Below are positions 20,183 through 30,122 of a stretch of 64,000 nucleotides of DNA, one piece after another. The DNA lies in NCBI GenBank assembly GCA_965203905.1, contig CBDBDQ010000005.1, forward strand, positions 4,864,001 through 4,928,000, in the 5' to 3' direction. The notes under the pieces were generated by a model, which was given only the letters and a program-made list of their open reading frames with translations, was not told the DNA's origin and did no database searches. The position numbers and the translations under genes were made by a program. The stretch comes from Spirochaetia bacterium (GTDB lineage: Bacteria; Spirochaetota; Spirochaetia; SZUA-6; Bin103). Numbering within the stretch: position 1 is the first letter of the stretch; each line of letters opens with the position of its first letter.

Positions 20183-21625
20183 ATGGCTGCCGCACCGTCG
20201 CCTACGCGTCCCAACGTCGTCCTCATCGTGGCCGACGACCTGGGCTACGGCGACCTGAGCTGCTACGGCAACACCATCCTGCCCACGCCCCACATCGACC
20301 GGCTCGCGGCCGAGGGCGTGCGCTGCTCCCAGCACTACAGCGGCGCGCCGATCTGCGCCCCGGCTCGCGCCGCGCTGCTCACGGGACGCTACCACCATCG
20401 CTGCGGCGCCCTGAGCGTGGAGTCGAACCGCGGCCTCGACCGCATCGCGTTGCGCGAACGCACCATAGGCGACGTGTTCGCGGCCGCCGGCTACCGCACC
20501 GGATACGTCGGAAAGTGGCACAGCGGCGTGCATGACCGGCGCTACCATCCCAATCAGCGCGGCTTCGGGGAGTTCGCCGGCTTCCTGAGCGGAATCATGG
20601 ACTACTGGAACTGGTTCCTGGACTACAACGGCAGCTCGCGCGGTGCCGACGGCCGCTACCAGACCGACGTGTTCACCGCGGAGGCGGTCGACTTCATCCG
20701 GCGCGGTGCGGCGGCTCCCGGCGCCGCTGCCGGGCAGCCGTTCCTGCTGGTGGTGGCCTACCACGCCCCGCACGCGCCCCTGCAGGCGCCCGAGGAGAGC
20801 TGCGCGCCGTTTCGGCAGCGCGGCGACCTGAACCAGGCGCTGGCCACCATGTACGGCATGGTGGCGCACTTGGATCGGGGCATCGGCCAGATCATCGAAG
20901 CGCTGGAGGCCGCCGGCTGCGCCGGCGACACCGTGGTGCTGGTGACCAGCGACAACGGCCCCCACCTCGGCCCCGAGCGTTACGGCGGCCGGCGATTCAG
21001 CATGGAGCGCTTCAACGGCCCGTTCCGCGGCCAGAAGCAGGACGTGCTGGAGGGCGGCATTCGCGTGCCGGCGATCGTGCGCTGGCCCGACGGCCTCCCG
21101 GCCGGTGCCGCATGCGACGAGATGATCCACTTCTGCGACTGGCTGCCGACGCTGGCCGCCGCCGCGGGCGTCACGGCCGACGGCCTGCCGCTGGACGGCT
21201 GCGATCAGTTGCCGGCGTTGCGCGGCACCATCCCCGCCGGCGCCGCGCCGCGCTTCTGGCAGTTCAACCGCTACGATCCGGTGCCCGGCTGCAACCTGGC
21301 GCTGCGCGACGGCTCCTGGAAGCTGTACTGGCCGCGCATCCCGGAAGCAATGGTCAAGCTGCAGGCGGACAACGTGGCGGTGCGCGAGCTGATGGCGCGC
21401 CCGCACTACGAGATGGAGGTGCGCAATCCGCCGGTGGAGCGCACGCTCTCGGCACCGGGCGAGCCGGAGTTGTACCACATCCCCGACGATCCCTCCGAGG
21501 CGCGCAACCTGGCCGCCGCACATCCCGAACGCGCCGCCCGCATGCGAGTGGCGGCCGAGAACTGGTTCGCCGAGGTGGAGGCGGAGCGCCGGGAGATCGC
21601 CGCACGGTCGTCACCGGGGGCGTGA
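20183..21625 (+). CDS. Arylsulfatase A-like sulfatase
   Basis: PNVVLIVADDLGYGDLSCYG, CAPARAALLTGR, GKWH, SDNG, LEGGIRVP. Confidence 0.93.
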   Translation: MAAAPSPTRPNVVLIVADDLGYGDLSCYGNTILPTPHIDRLAAEGVRCSQHYSGAPICAPARAALLTGRYHHRCGALSVESNRGLDRIALRERTIGDVFAAAGYRTGYVGKWHSGVHDRRYHPNQRGFGEFAGFLSGIMDYWNWFLDYNGSSRGADGRYQTDVFTAEAVDFIRRGAAAPGAAAGQPFLLVVAYHAPHAPLQAPEESCAPFRQRGDLNQALATMYGMVAHLDRGIGQIIEALEAAGCAGDTVVLVTSDNGPHLGPERYGGRRFSMERFNGPFRGQKQDVLEGGIRVPAIVRWPDGLPAGAACDEMIHFCDWLPTLAAAAGVTADGLPLDGCDQLPALRGTIPAGAAPRFWQFNRYDPVPGCNLALRDGSWKLYWPRIPEAMVKLQADNVAVRELMARPHYEMEVRNPPVERTLSAPGEPELYHIPDDPSEARNLAAAHPERAARMRVAAENWFAEVEAERREIAARSSPGA

Positions 21626-21669
21626 TTGTCGGTCGACCAGTATGTGATGATGCGACGAGGAGGAGCGCG

Positions 21670-21990
21670 ATGATTTACGACATGCGGATTTACGACGTGC
21701 AGCCGGGCGCCGTGCCGCGCTACATGGAGGCGGTCCGGGAGGTCGCCCTGAAGATTCGCGAGGACCACGGCGTGAAGCTGGCCGGCTGGTACTACACCGA
21801 CATCGGTCCGCTCAACCGGATCGTGCACATCTGGGCCTACCGCGACTACGCCCACTTCCAGGAAGCGCGCGAGGCGGTGCGCAACGACCCGCGCTGGAGC
21901 GGCGAGTACCTGCCGCGGGTGAAGGGTCTGGTGGTCCGGCAGCAGGACATGATGATGCGCGGCGCCGACTTCTTCCCCGGCCCGGCGTGA
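21670..21990 (+). CDS. NIPSNAP family protein
   Basis: GGAGGAG RBS; MIYDMRIYDVQPG...GPLNRIVHIWAY...DPRW. Confidence 0.88.
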   Translation: MIYDMRIYDVQPGAVPRYMEAVREVALKIREDHGVKLAGWYYTDIGPLNRIVHIWAYRDYAHFQEAREAVRNDPRWSGEYLPRVKGLVVRQQDMMMRGADFFPGPA

Positions 21991-21994
21991 AGGA

Positions 21995-22053
21995 GTACGA
22001 ACAGCGGGGCCGACTACATCGCCGACGTGCGCCTGCTGCTCAGCACCGACGTG
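21995..22053 (+). pseudogene. Collapsed remnant of the 5' part of a GH2 gene copy
   Basis: Joins sequences resembling 23594-23610, about 23901-23918 and 24139-24172. Confidence 0.55.
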
Positions 22054-22160
22054 AGCTTCGCAGGGCTCGACAGCTCACGAAGTCTTGATACCGGAGTCGG
22101 ACGACGGTAGGCTGCAATGCCCTGGGTAGCAACCATCATGCGCAGAACGGGAGGACCGCC

Positions 22161-22412
22161 ATGAACAGCGAACTGAAAAAGAACCTGACGGCTTACGAAT
22201 CCATGAAGAGTATGCTGGAGAGCAAGGAACGTGGGCGCATCGCGCTGTTCTCCGATGGCAAGCTGTGCGATATATTCAACGACTTCGGTGACGGCTACAT
22301 GGTCGGTATGGAGCGCTTCGGAGAAGGCAGGTTTTCCATAAAACGGATTGGAGAGCCCCCGGTACAGCTCGGCGCTGCAACGCTGTATGCGGAACCGGTC
22401 CAGATCGATTGA
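22161..22412 (+). CDS. Small hypothetical protein of the kind found upstream of retropepsin-like proteases
   Basis: GGAGG RBS; KNLTAYESMKSML...GRIALFSDG...GMERFGEGRFSIKRI pattern; protease gene starts 2 nt after the stop. Confidence 0.7.
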   Translation: MNSELKKNLTAYESMKSMLESKERGRIALFSDGKLCDIFNDFGDGYMVGMERFGEGRFSIKRIGEPPVQLGAATLYAEPVQID

Positions 22413-22414
22413 CG

Positions 22415-22855
22415 ATGCCGGCCTTTGTCGGAACGATTCAGGGCAATCAACTCATCATCAAGGTGTTGGTGTCGAAGCCCCAGGTGGCGAACACGTCGAC
22501 ACCTGATCAGGAGTCGTTTACGGCCCTATTGGACACGGGAGCAACGATCACGAGTGTTTCGAAACAGGTCGTCGATGTCCTCTGAATCCAACCCGTTAGT
22601 TGGAAGGATATAGTGGGCGTTCACGGTTCTGAGGCAACCCCGACCTATGCAGTTGGACTCCACATTCCGGTTGCGGAACATGGAGTAAGCCCCGAGGGAG
22701 CTCCGGTCGTAAGCGTCTTCGGTCGAAGCAAGAGCCCTTTGGAGGTTGCGTTGTTGAAATTCGTTCCAACCAGCTTTGACGTATTGCTCGGCATGGACGT
22801 CTTGCGAGAATGCCATCTGACAACATTCCGGGACATCTTCATCCTTGGCATATGA
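22415..22855 (+). pseudogene. Retropepsin-like aspartyl protease with an in-frame TGA
   Basis: ATG 22415 reads ...ALLDTGATITSVS..., TGA at 22583-22585, same frame continues to FDVLLGMDVL. Confidence 0.75.
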
Positions 22856-23203
22856 AGTTTCAATGCCAGTAAACTGCCGCGTGAGTGGTCCGATCAGATC
22901 CTCGACCGACCTTGTCTTGATTACATCGTCGCGCACGGAACTCTCGGTGGTTTGCCGGACGGCGGCTTTGCCCATTGACACAGCCGCTTCCTCCCGGGCC
23001 GTATCCATGACGCCGAGTGTCGGTGCAATGCGGCGGTACCCGATGCAGCGAGTCGCTGCGCCCGTGACGAGGTCGTCGTACCGGCAGGGGGGCGGGGGGA
23101 GCACGTCGCTGCCGCCGCCGCGGGGTTCCATTCCGGCACCGCTCCCACCATGGCCGGCTCGTACTGACGCCCCGGATCGTGTACCCTGGAGCATGGTCAT
23201 GGC

Positions 23204-23392
23204 ATGAGTACCCAGAAATTCACTATCGAAATAGAGCAGGAGCAGGACCAGCGCTGGATCGCCGAAGTGCTTGAGTTGCCGGGGGTGATGGTCTACGGCA
23301 GTTCTCCGGACGATGCCAAAGCGAAGGTACAGGCGCTCGCTCTCAGGGTCTTGGCCGACCGCCTGGAGCACGGTGAATCCGTTCCGGAGTGA
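23204..23392 (+). CDS. hicB: HicB family antitoxin
   Basis: IEIEQEQDQRWIAEVLELPGVMVYG...AKAKVQALALRVLADRLEHGE. Confidence 0.88.
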   Translation: MSTQKFTIEIEQEQDQRWIAEVLELPGVMVYGSSPDDAKAKVQALALRVLADRLEHGESVPE

Positions 23393-23575
23393 AACGGTGG
23401 CCGAGCACACGTGCACGGCGGGTGCTCGCCGCTCTGGTCAGCATTGGCTGGACGGTCAGGCGTCAATCGGGCTCCCACCGTACGCTCGCGAGACCCGGTT
23501 GGCCCAACTACGTATTCGCCGCGGATGCTTGCGCGTATTGCGCGCAGGACCGGACTGACGCCCGAGGACCTTTGA
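23389..23575 (+). pseudogene. hicA: HicA family toxin, frameshifted by an internal deletion
   Basis: WPSTRARRVLAALVSIGWTVRRQSGSHRTL...YVFA, then the typical end RMLARIARRTGLTPEDL* in another frame. Confidence 0.8.
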
Positions 23576-23615
23576 CCGACGAGCCCACGATCGACGAACA
23601 GAGGGGCGACACGCG

Positions 23616-25865
23616 GTGAAGAGGTACGGCAGGCAGATCTCGCTGAGCGGAAGGTGGAAGTTCCGCACCGACCCCGACGGCATGGGTGACCGGTATCCCG
23701 ACGACGCTGTCGCCGCCTACAAGGAGGACTGCAAGTTCTTCGATCCAGGCTACGACGACCGCGACTGGGGCGAGATCGCGGTGCCGGCGTGCTGGTAGGC
23801 AGAAGGGCACGATTACAACGGCGCCGCCTGGTATCGGCTGCGCTTCGACCACCGTCCCGGTGCGGAGGAGAACGTGGCGCGCCTGAGCTTCCTGGGGGTG
23901 GACTACTTCGCCGACGTGTGGCTGAACGGCTACTTCCTCGGTTCCCACGAGGGGTTCTTCAATCACTTCGAATTCGACGCCTCGCGCTGGATCAGGGCGG
24001 GAGAGACCTGTTGGTGGTGAAGGTGGACTCGCCCAATGACACCAACCTGAAGGTGCGCCCGATCGAGAAGACCATCGTCAAGGGCGCATTGGACGACTGG
24101 GACTGCAACGACCTGAACGTCAATCCCGGCGGCATTTTCGCCGATGTGCGCCTGCTGCTCAGCACCGACGTCTACCTGGCACGCGTGAAGGCCACCCCGC
24201 TCGTCGACCCGGCGAAGGGTAGCGCCCGCGTGTTGTGCCGGGTGGAGGCGGTCAACACCACCGACCGGTTCCTGCCCGTCAGTCTTGCCGCGCCTTGGCG
24301 CCGGCCAACTTCTCCGGCCGGGCGACACCCGCTATTGCCGGCGCCCGGTCCGTCGGAGCTGGATCTCTGGATCGACGTGGTCGAACCACGGCTGTGGTGG
24401 CCGTGGGACCTGGGCGAACAGAACCTCTATTCACTGGACCTGAGCATAACAAGGGGGAGCGCATCCTCGATCGGGTGACCGACCGCATCGGGTTGCGCCA
24501 GGTGCGCACCGAGCCGGGGTCGTCGGCGATCCACGTCAACGGTACGCGCGTGTTCTGCCGCGGTCCCAACTACGTCTCCGATCAACTGCAGTCCAACATG
24601 ACCCGCGACAAGTACCAGGCCGACGTGCGCCTGATGCGCGAGGCCAACATGAACATGGTGCGCGTCTACTGCGTGGTGGAGAAGGAGGAGTTCTACGACG
24701 CCTGCGACGAGCAGGGCATCCTGGTCTACCAGGACTTCCCGATGCAGGGCCGAATGAGCAACTCCAGCGACCTGGTGCGGAGGTCGGTGCCGCAGGCGCG
24801 CGACATTGGTCAATCAACTCTACAACCACCCGTCCATCGTGCTGTGGTGCTTCGGCGCCCAGCCGGGGCTCAAGAACTTCGAGAAGGTGGGCATGGCGAT
24901 GGCTGCGGCGGCGCGCCGCGAGGACCCCTACCGGTTCGTGCAGCAGGGCGCCAGCGTGTGGGAGTGGAAGCTGATCAAGGACAAGTACGACTGGCCGATC
25001 GACTACCACTTCTTCTGCGGCTGGTTCTCGCCCGAGTTCAAGCATGCGCCGTTCCACCCGCGGGAGGTGCTGGAGCTGCCGCCCGAGGAGTGCGCTTCCG
25101 GCGCCTCGGTGGAGGAGTTGAAGATCAAGCGCAAGGAGCTGCTGGAGTTCGTCAGTGAGTATGGGACCGCCGACTCGCTGCCGGCGCTGGAATCGCTACC
25201 CAAGTTCATTGCGAAGCAGGACCTGTGGCCCGTGAACTGGAAGATCTTCACGCGCCGCGGGCTGCACAGCGACCGCCTGCGCAAGTGGACCGGCGAGCCC
25301 GCCAGCCTGGAGCAGATGATCGCCGCCAGCCAGGACTACCAGGCGTTCGTGCTGAAGTATCACACCGAGTTCTTCCGCCGCCACAAGTTCGCCCCCTGCA
25401 ACGGCGCCCTGTACTTCCAGTTCCGCGACTGCTGGCCGGCGGTGACCGCCTCGGTAGTGGACTACTACGGCAAAAGGAAGAAGGGGTACTTCGCCCTGCA
25501 GCAGGCCTTCAACCCCATCCACGTGATGATGGACTGGCCCGACCTCGCCGGGGAGCCGGCCGGCGTCACCTTCCGGCGCGCGGTCTACGTGGTCAACGAT
25601 TACGCCACGGCGTACCCCACCCTGACCGTCACGTGGCAAGTGCTCGGCGCGGGAGACGAAGTGCTCGCCCGCAGCAGAATCGCCTGTACTGCGCCTGCCA
25701 ACAGCCTGCAGCAGATCGGCGAATTCTCGTGGGCCATCCCCGCCGCCGGCGGCAGCTACCGCGTGATGCTCGCACTCGAACGCGACGCCGGAACCTCTCT
25801 CCAGCAACAACTACCTGGTCGAGGCGTGCGCCGTATGACCCAGCCACACCCGCGTTTGAGCCCGT
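23616..25865 (+). pseudogene. Glycoside hydrolase family 2 (beta-mannosidase-like) pseudogene
   Basis: SLSGRWKF, GVDYFADVWLNG, PRLWWPWDLGEQNLY, NMNMVRV, YDACDEQGILVYQDF, YNHPSIVLWC, VSEYG; TAG at 23796 and frameshifts near 24000, 24290, 24460, 24805 and 25795. Confidence 0.88.
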
Positions 25866-25933
25866 GACCGTTCCTCCCAGGCAGGATCCCGGTTACGACA
25901 CGCTGAGCCTCCCGGATGTACATGCCGTCCTGA

Positions 25934-25982
25934 CCAGCCGCCGGCCCGGCTCCACCACCAGGAAGGTTCCGCGCGTGGTGTG
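25934..25982 (-). repeat. Inverted 49-bp copy of an SRPBCC gene segment (partner 29468-29516)
   Basis: Both encode HTTRGTFLVVEPG(R/H)RL; 42/49 nt identical, differences mostly synonymous. Confidence 0.7.
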
Positions 25983-26039
25983 TCGCCCCGGGCGCGGCCG
26001 TCGACGGCGAGCCGAATAGTGAGTAAACTCACTACCGCT

Positions 26040-26729
26040 ATGCGTGCAGCCGAAATGCAGGCGGTGCTCGAGGCGGCCGCCCGCCTCCAAGCGCTGGTGC
26101 CTGATGCGGTCCTCGTTGGTGGCACTGCGGCCGCGCACCACGCGCACCACCGCGTATCGCTCCACGACGACCACGTCCTGGAAGACCTGCGTGAGCGCTT
26201 CGACGAGATCCTTGCCGATCTCGAGGCAACCGACGGTTGGGTTACGGCACGGATCCGCAGGCCGGTGCTGATCCTGGGCCGCCTCGACGGCGTGGAAACC
26301 GGCATCCGGAATCTTATTCGGCGGCGGCCGCTGGAAGTCGAACAGGTTCGAGTAGGCGAACGCACCCTGCGGGTACCCACGTTGGCGGAGATCGCACGGA
26401 TCAAGGCGTGGCTGTGCCTGATCCGGAACGCCACTCGCGACTATCTGGACTTTGCCGCGCTTGCCGATCGCCTCGGCGCAGCCGAATCCTCCTCGGTGGT
26501 CATCGCCATCGATGACTACTATGCGGATCAGCTCGGGCCCGGTGGCCGCCGCGTCGCCACCCAGGTCGCCAAACAGCTTGCCGAGCCGCGCCCCGATGAC
26601 CTTTCGAGCGTCGACCTTGCCACCTACCGCAAGCTGGATCGTCGCTGGCAGAACTGGCAAACCGTCGCCGACGCCTGCCGCAAGGTCGCCGTGCGGGTGC
26701 TGGATCAACTGGTAGAGGATTCGCCGTGA
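26040..26729 (+). CDS. AbiEii-like nucleotidyltransferase (putative toxin)
   Basis: VLVGGTAAAHHAHHRVSLHDD (GGTA...R.S.D.D-like), IKAWLCLIRNATRDYLDF. Confidence 0.75.
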   Translation: MRAAEMQAVLEAAARLQALVPDAVLVGGTAAAHHAHHRVSLHDDHVLEDLRERFDEILADLEATDGWVTARIRRPVLILGRLDGVETGIRNLIRRRPLEVEQVRVGERTLRVPTLAEIARIKAWLCLIRNATRDYLDFAALADRLGAAESSSVVIAIDDYYADQLGPGGRRVATQVAKQLAEPRPDDLSSVDLATYRKLDRRWQNWQTVADACRKVAVRVLDQLVEDSP

Positions 26730-27199
26730 TTCACCGCCATTCCGAGATTCCACCAGACACCCCGGCGCGTGCTCTGCCTCGTGTGGCACTCGTCGACATA
26801 CTGGAGCGCGGCGATCTTGAGGCGTGGCTGCCGCTGGCCCGCGCCATCCAAGGTGACCCGACGGGGGAACTCGCCATCACCGTCATGCGCTTGATCGACG
26901 CGTATCCCATGTACGGTACGTCTGCGTTGTGGCGCGCGTGGATCGACCTGTGTCAGGCGCGCACGCTGGTGGACACTCGGCCAGCGAGCCTGGCGTCGCT
27001 TCGCCGCCAGCGGGGGCTCACTCAGGCGCAGGTCGCCGAGCGGCTCGGGATGAGCCAGTCCGACGTGTCAAAGCTGGAGCGACGGCAAGACCTCCGGCTG
27101 TCCACGCTCCAGGCGTACGCCCGAGCCCTTGGCGGCCGTCTTCAGACCGTGTTCGTCACCGGCGAGACCGGGAAGCAGATCCCGATCGCGATCGCCTGA
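26726..27199 (+). CDS. Putative antitoxin with C-terminal XRE HTH
   Basis: GTGA overlap with the upstream gene; ILERGDLEAW N-domain; LRRQRGLTQAQVAERLGMSQSDVSKLERRQDLRLSTL. Confidence 0.8.
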   Translation: MIHRHSEIPPDTPARALPRVALVDILERGDLEAWLPLARAIQGDPTGELAITVMRLIDAYPMYGTSALWRAWIDLCQARTLVDTRPASLASLRRQRGLTQAQVAERLGMSQSDVSKLERRQDLRLSTLQAYARALGGRLQTVFVTGETGKQIPIAIA

Positions 27200-27244
27200 C
27201 CCCTGCATGCTTGCGAAGTCCCCAGTAGCGGCGTGTCGGAGTAC

Positions 27245-28004
27245 AAGCATACGCCGTTTCACCCGCGCGAGGTGCTGAGCTGCCGCCCGAGGAGTGCGCT
27301 TCCGGCGCCTCGGTGGAGGAGTTGAAGATCAAGCGCAAGGAGCTGCCGGAGTTCGTCAGCGAGTATGGGACCGCGGACTCGCTGCCGGAGCTGGACTCGC
27401 TGCGCAGATTCATCGCCGAGCAGGATCTGTGGCCCGTGAACTGGAAGGTCTTCACCCGGCGCGGGCTGCACAGCGACCGCCTGTGCAAGTGGACCGGCGA
27501 GCCCGCCAGCCTGGAGCAGATGATCGCCGCCAGCCAGGACTACCAGCCGTTCGTGCTGAAGTACCACACCGAGTTTTCCGCCGCCACAAGTTCGCCCCCT
27601 GCAACGGCGCCCTGTTCTTCCAGTTCCGCGACTGCTGGCCGGCGGTGACCGCCTCGGTAGTGGATTACTACGGCCGAAAGAAGAAGGGCTACTTCGCCCT
27701 GCAACAGGCCTTCAGCCCGATCCACGTGTTGATGGACGGGCCCGACCTCGCCGGTGAAGCGGCGGGCAGCACCTTTCGCCGCGCCCTTTACGTCATCAAC
27801 AACTACCCCACCGAGTACCCCTCCCTGACCGTCTCGTGGCAGGTGCTCGGCGCGGCAGACGACGTGCTCGCCGCCGGCAGCACTCCGTGTACGGTTCCGG
27901 CCAACAGCCTGAGCCCGGTTGGCGAGGTCTCCTGGCCCATCCCCTCTGCCGACGCCAGTTGCCGCGTATCGCTCACCTCGAACGCCGCCTTCTCTGGAGA
28001 GTAA
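27245..28004 (+). pseudogene. Second, diverged copy of the GH2 3' region
   Basis: Close nucleotide match to about 25040-25780 (EELKIKRKE..EFVSEYGTADSLP, FRDCWPAVTASVVDYYG); frameshifts near 27277 and 27575. Confidence 0.85.
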
Positions 28005-28040
28005 TGTGCTTGCGCGACCGTCCGCGTGTCGAGTCGATAG

Positions 28041-28076
28041 ACATTCATTTATATAAGTTATAGTTTATGGTAAATC
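28041..28076 (+). promoter_or_regulatory. AT-rich promoter / possible ArsR-family operator
   Basis: ACATTCATTTATATAAGTTATAGTTTATGGTAAATC directly upstream of the hydrolase-ArsR-SRPBCC operon in GC-rich DNA. Confidence 0.4.
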
Positions 28077-28982
28077 ATGGTTCAGTCTGCAGGGGACGTG
28101 CGGCCGCGTTGGGTCTCGGAGCGGCTGTACCCGTTCGAGAGCCGTTTCTTTGCAGCGCCCGGCGGCCGCATGCACTACGTGGACGAGGGCGCGGGGATGC
28201 CTATCGTGTTCCTGCATGGCAACCCGAGTTGGTCGTTCGAGTTCCGTGGCCTCGCCCTGGATCTGCGCGACCGGTTCCGCTGCGTGGCGCCCGACCACCT
28301 GGGGTTCGGGCTGTCAGCGCGCCCCGGAAGCGGCAAGGAGCATCATCCGGCGGCCCATGCCGAGAACTTCATCGCGCTGATGGACCATCTTGGGCTGGAC
28401 CACGTAACGCTGTTCCTGGCCGACTGGGGTGGGCCGATCGGACTGGAGTTTGCGCGCCGCCATCCGGAGCGGGTGGCGCGCCTGGTGATTGCCAACACCT
28501 GGGCGTGGCCGGTCGACGACGACTTCCACTTCGTGGCGTTCAGCCGCTTGATGGGCGGCGCGCTCGGACGGTTCCTGATCACGCGGCGCAACCTGTTCGT
28601 GAACCGCGTCATGCCGGCGGCGGTGGGTGACCGACGCTGCCTGACGGCGGAGGTGATGGACCACTACCGGAACGCGCAGCCGAGCCCTGAGGCGCGGGCC
28701 GGTAGTGCCGCGTTGCCTCGCCACATCGTCGGCGCGTCGGACTGGCTGCGCGCGATCTGGGACGAGCGCGAAAAGTTCGCCGCCAAGCCGGCGCTGCTGT
28801 TATGGGGCCACCGGGATATCGCATTCCGCAATAAAGAACTGGACACATGGCGGGCGGCCCTGCACGCATACGAGCTGCATGAGTTTCCCGACTGCGGTCA
28901 CTTCCTGGCCGAGGAAGCGCCGGACGAGATCGCCCCGCTGATACAGGCGTTCATGGCCGGCGATAATGGGCCTGATGCGTAG
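28077..28982 (+). CDS. Alpha/beta hydrolase, haloalkane dehalogenase-like
   Basis: LYPFESRF, MHYVDEG, LHGNPSW, APDHLGFGLS, DWGG nucleophile elbow, GHFLAEE. Confidence 0.88.
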   Translation: MVQSAGDVRPRWVSERLYPFESRFFAAPGGRMHYVDEGAGMPIVFLHGNPSWSFEFRGLALDLRDRFRCVAPDHLGFGLSARPGSGKEHHPAAHAENFIALMDHLGLDHVTLFLADWGGPIGLEFARRHPERVARLVIANTWAWPVDDDFHFVAFSRLMGGALGRFLITRRNLFVNRVMPAAVGDRRCLTAEVMDHYRNAQPSPEARAGSAALPRHIVGASDWLRAIWDEREKFAAKPALLLWGHRDIAFRNKELDTWRAALHAYELHEFPDCGHFLAEEAPDEIAPLIQAFMAGDNGPDA

Positions 28983-29337
28983 CGGCGGAAGGGTGCCGGG
29001 GACCGTGGAGCTGGTGGCCGATCCGATGCGGCGCGAGATCCTGCGGCGCATCTGGGACACCGAGCTGCCGGTGGGAGCGTTGGTGGATGCGTTCGACGTG
29101 TCGCAGCCGGCGATCTCGTTCCACCTGCGCCTGTTGCGCGAGGGCGGCCTGGTGCGCGTCCGCCCGCGGGGCAATCGGCGCTACTATCGCGCCATCCCCG
29201 AGGCGCTGGGCGAGTTGCGCATCTACCTGGAATCGTATTGGCAGGACAGCCTGTCGCGTCTCAAGGACGAGGCCGAACTGGAGGCCAGGAGGGAGCGCCG
29301 GGATGCGAGGCAGCTTCGAGATCATCCGCGAGATTGA
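28966..29337 (+). CDS. ArsR/SmtB family transcriptional regulator
   Basis: ADPMRREILRRI...VSQPAISFHLRLLREGGLV...GNRRYY; start may be GTG 29006. Confidence 0.88.
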   Translation: MGLMRSGGRVPGTVELVADPMRREILRRIWDTELPVGALVDAFDVSQPAISFHLRLLREGGLVRVRPRGNRRYYRAIPEALGELRIYLESYWQDSLSRLKDEAELEARRERRDARQLRDHPRD

Positions 29338-29520
29338 GATCGACGCCAGTCCCGAGTTGGTGTTCCGATTCTTGACCGAGCCGGCGCTGTTGGAGCGCTG
29401 GCTGTGCGTTCAGGCCGAGGTCGACGCACACCCTGGCGGCAGCTACGTATTGAACGTGACCGGGAGCCACACTACCCGCGGCACCTTCCTGGTTGTGGAG
29501 CCGGGCCACCGGTTGGGCTC
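29303..29520 (+). pseudogene. SRPBCC (AHSA1-like) domain protein, 3'-truncated
   Basis: IIREIEIDASPELVFRFLTEPALLERW...GTFLVVEPGHRL, then similarity is lost. Confidence 0.75.
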
Positions 29521-29744
29521 ACTACCTGCCCCGCCTGGCGACCGCTGCGGCCGGCGGCGACCCCAGCACCGACGGCTGGCGTACCGCATCGCCGCCGCCC
29601 GGTGAACCATGACCGTGCCCAATCACGGCCGGGGTGCCCGGCGCCAAGCTGTCGGGCCGGGAGCGAGTTCCGAAGTCGCAAGCAGCGGCCGTGGCGCCCG
29701 GCGACAACGTATCTTTTGCGACCTCGTTCGGTGGGGTACTCATC

Positions 29745-30122
29745 GGTTGCGGGCAGCGGTAAGGGAGCGCCGATTTCCAGTTGGCGGGCACAGCGAGCGA
29801 GGGGAGTGTCGTAGGTGGCAAGCTGGGCGCCCGCCGTTCGCGCAGCGGCCAGCAGTGCGACGTCCACCCAGCCGATTCCGGTTCCTACGAGACCGTGGTT
29901 GCGAATAAAGTCGTGCAGGTCCGCCGGTGACGCCGGATCACACCAAGGCGGCGCGTGGAGGAGCGCCTCGTTGTCGGCGGAGAGACCGCCGAGCAGCAGT
30001 TCGCCGACTACGAACGGATGTACCAGTGCCTGGCCCCTCGTGATCCAGGGTTGTGCCACGAGTCCGGCTTCCTCGCTGCGCAGAAACCTGAGCTAGACGC
30101 TGGTGTCGACCAGGATGGTCAA
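29745..30122 (-). pseudogene. vapC: VapC/PIN toxin with an early amber stop
   Basis: TTG 30122: TILVDTSV*LRFLR (TAG at 30093-30095 where TGG is expected); same frame HPFVVGELLLG, GIGWVDVALLAAA, LATYD. Confidence 0.82.

Noticed and set aside
22526-23416. 296-aa minus-strand ORF
   Set aside because: Antisense to hicB and the protease pseudogene, with no recognisable domain; the middle part remains unexplained.
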